Positions 63,042-64,000 of a stretch of 64,000 nucleotides of DNA are shown one piece after another (within the stretch, counting starts at the first letter, position 1; each line of letters opens with the position of its first letter). This DNA is from Rhodosorus marinus CCMP1338 (Eukaryota > Plantae > Rhodophyta). Location: assembly GCA_029953675.1 (NCBI GenBank), contig JAMWBK010000005.1, positions 2,542,001-2,606,000 on the forward strand. Direction: 5' to 3'. Below the pieces are notes generated by a model. The model was given only the letters and a program-made list of their open reading frames with translations, did not search any database and was not told the DNA's origin. A program made the position numbers and the translations under genes.

Positions 63042-64000
63042 TCAAGGAGCAGGTCGGCGGCCATGAGAACTTGAGAAATATCCTGGTGAGCCAACATCGC
63101 GAACAACGGCGATGAACGGTGAGTGCGCAGCAGATCCAAAGGGCTGCCCGTAATAACTTCCAACATGCTGGGACGAATGGAATAAAAAAATCACACAGAG
63201 CGAATCCTCAGCTATCGGATTAGAGGCTCTTCGTTGATGAGAAAGCGGCAGCAACTATGTTTCGGGCCTTACCTCCTCCGCCTCTTCCTCCTCCTCTTCT
63301 TCTCCAACACTTTCGTCGAATGTCATCGGTTTGGTTCCCCTCTCAATGGAAGGACGTTTCAGTTCCTCACCAACTTCGTGCTTCTTCTCAAACACAATCT
63401 GGCGGTAGTTGTACGTAAGCGTGCCGGCGACAAGAAGCACAAATCCAAAAGCCTGATACCAGCTGTACGAAGTCCACTGTTCTCCAAAACCACCGTTAGT
63501 AAGTACATAGAAGAAGAACAGATCCAGAACCCATACGCAGAGTGTTCGAAGCGTCTCAATCTTTTCCGGGGGAAGAAGAACAGACACAGGAAATTAGCCC
63601 AAAATATGATGATTCGATACGGGAATTGATTCAGGATCTGTTCATACAATTACTCGATGTACAGCGCTGAATCCATCCGTCACACCCATTCCACAGATGT
63701 TCTTTGGCAACCACAAGAACGATAGAAAGCAATGTCAGTTCAGGTCCAATTTAGCCTTTCATGCAAACGATAGAAACGAAACCAAGATAGGAGGAGGACG
63801 CTACGGGAGCGCTACCCGGCCTTCTCCGCCGGGGGTGGAAGGTGGGGTACGCTAAGCTCTCTCCGGGGGTGGGAAGAGTTGAGGATACTTGGGGAAAACT
63901 CACGTAGAACAACATCATAACCATGTCTGCGAACACGATCGCGGCGACCTTCCACGTATGGAAAAACATGTAGAAGCTATCCAGAGAATCTTCAAGATGT
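63042..64000 (-). CDS. SLC35F6-like drug/metabolite (nucleotide-sugar) transporter; 5' part lies beyond the window
   Basis: ILEDSLDSF, ETLRTLCVWVLDLFFFY..GEQWTSYSWYQAFGFVLLVAGTLTYN, an acidic linker, and a final exon SYYGQPFGS..SP. Confidence 0.75.

Overview
Eukaryotic nuclear DNA, most likely from a unicellular red alga. This is inferred from an Lhcr-type antenna gene, short 'M..(A/G)F'-type plastid transit peptides and a compact genome with many ~50-200 bp GT-AG introns. About 20 spliced genes can be reconstructed: ferredoxin-nitrite reductase, a BtuF-like cobalamin/iron-chelate binding protein, Lhcr, CCT8, a parvulin-MiaB fusion, bZIP, a PPR protein, CCT2, an atypical pyruvate kinase, RPAP1, a METTL21-like methyltransferase, an NT-C2 protein, a SPRY-META protein, NDUFB8-like, SAM-DUF202, B12D/NDUFA4-like, RWP-RK, a stand-alone MEKHLA protein, a RING E3, an LYR protein and an SLC35F6-like transporter truncated by the window edge. 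Between genes are fossils of an RLE-type non-LTR retrotransposon (arranged as a large palindrome) and a Ty3/gypsy RT, a G-rich hairpin, a 46-bp minisatellite and degenerate repeats. The strongest novelty candidate is a plastid-targeted PpiC-type prolyl isomerase domain spliced in frame to the tRNA methylthiotransferase MiaB. Next are the pyruvate kinase with a remodelled K+/PEP/ATP site, the organelle-targeted MEKHLA protein, the SPRY-META and SAM-DUF202 fusions and the BtuF-like gene. All family calls are by manual motif recognition and no database search was run. Exon boundaries were read by eye and some gene ends are approximate.
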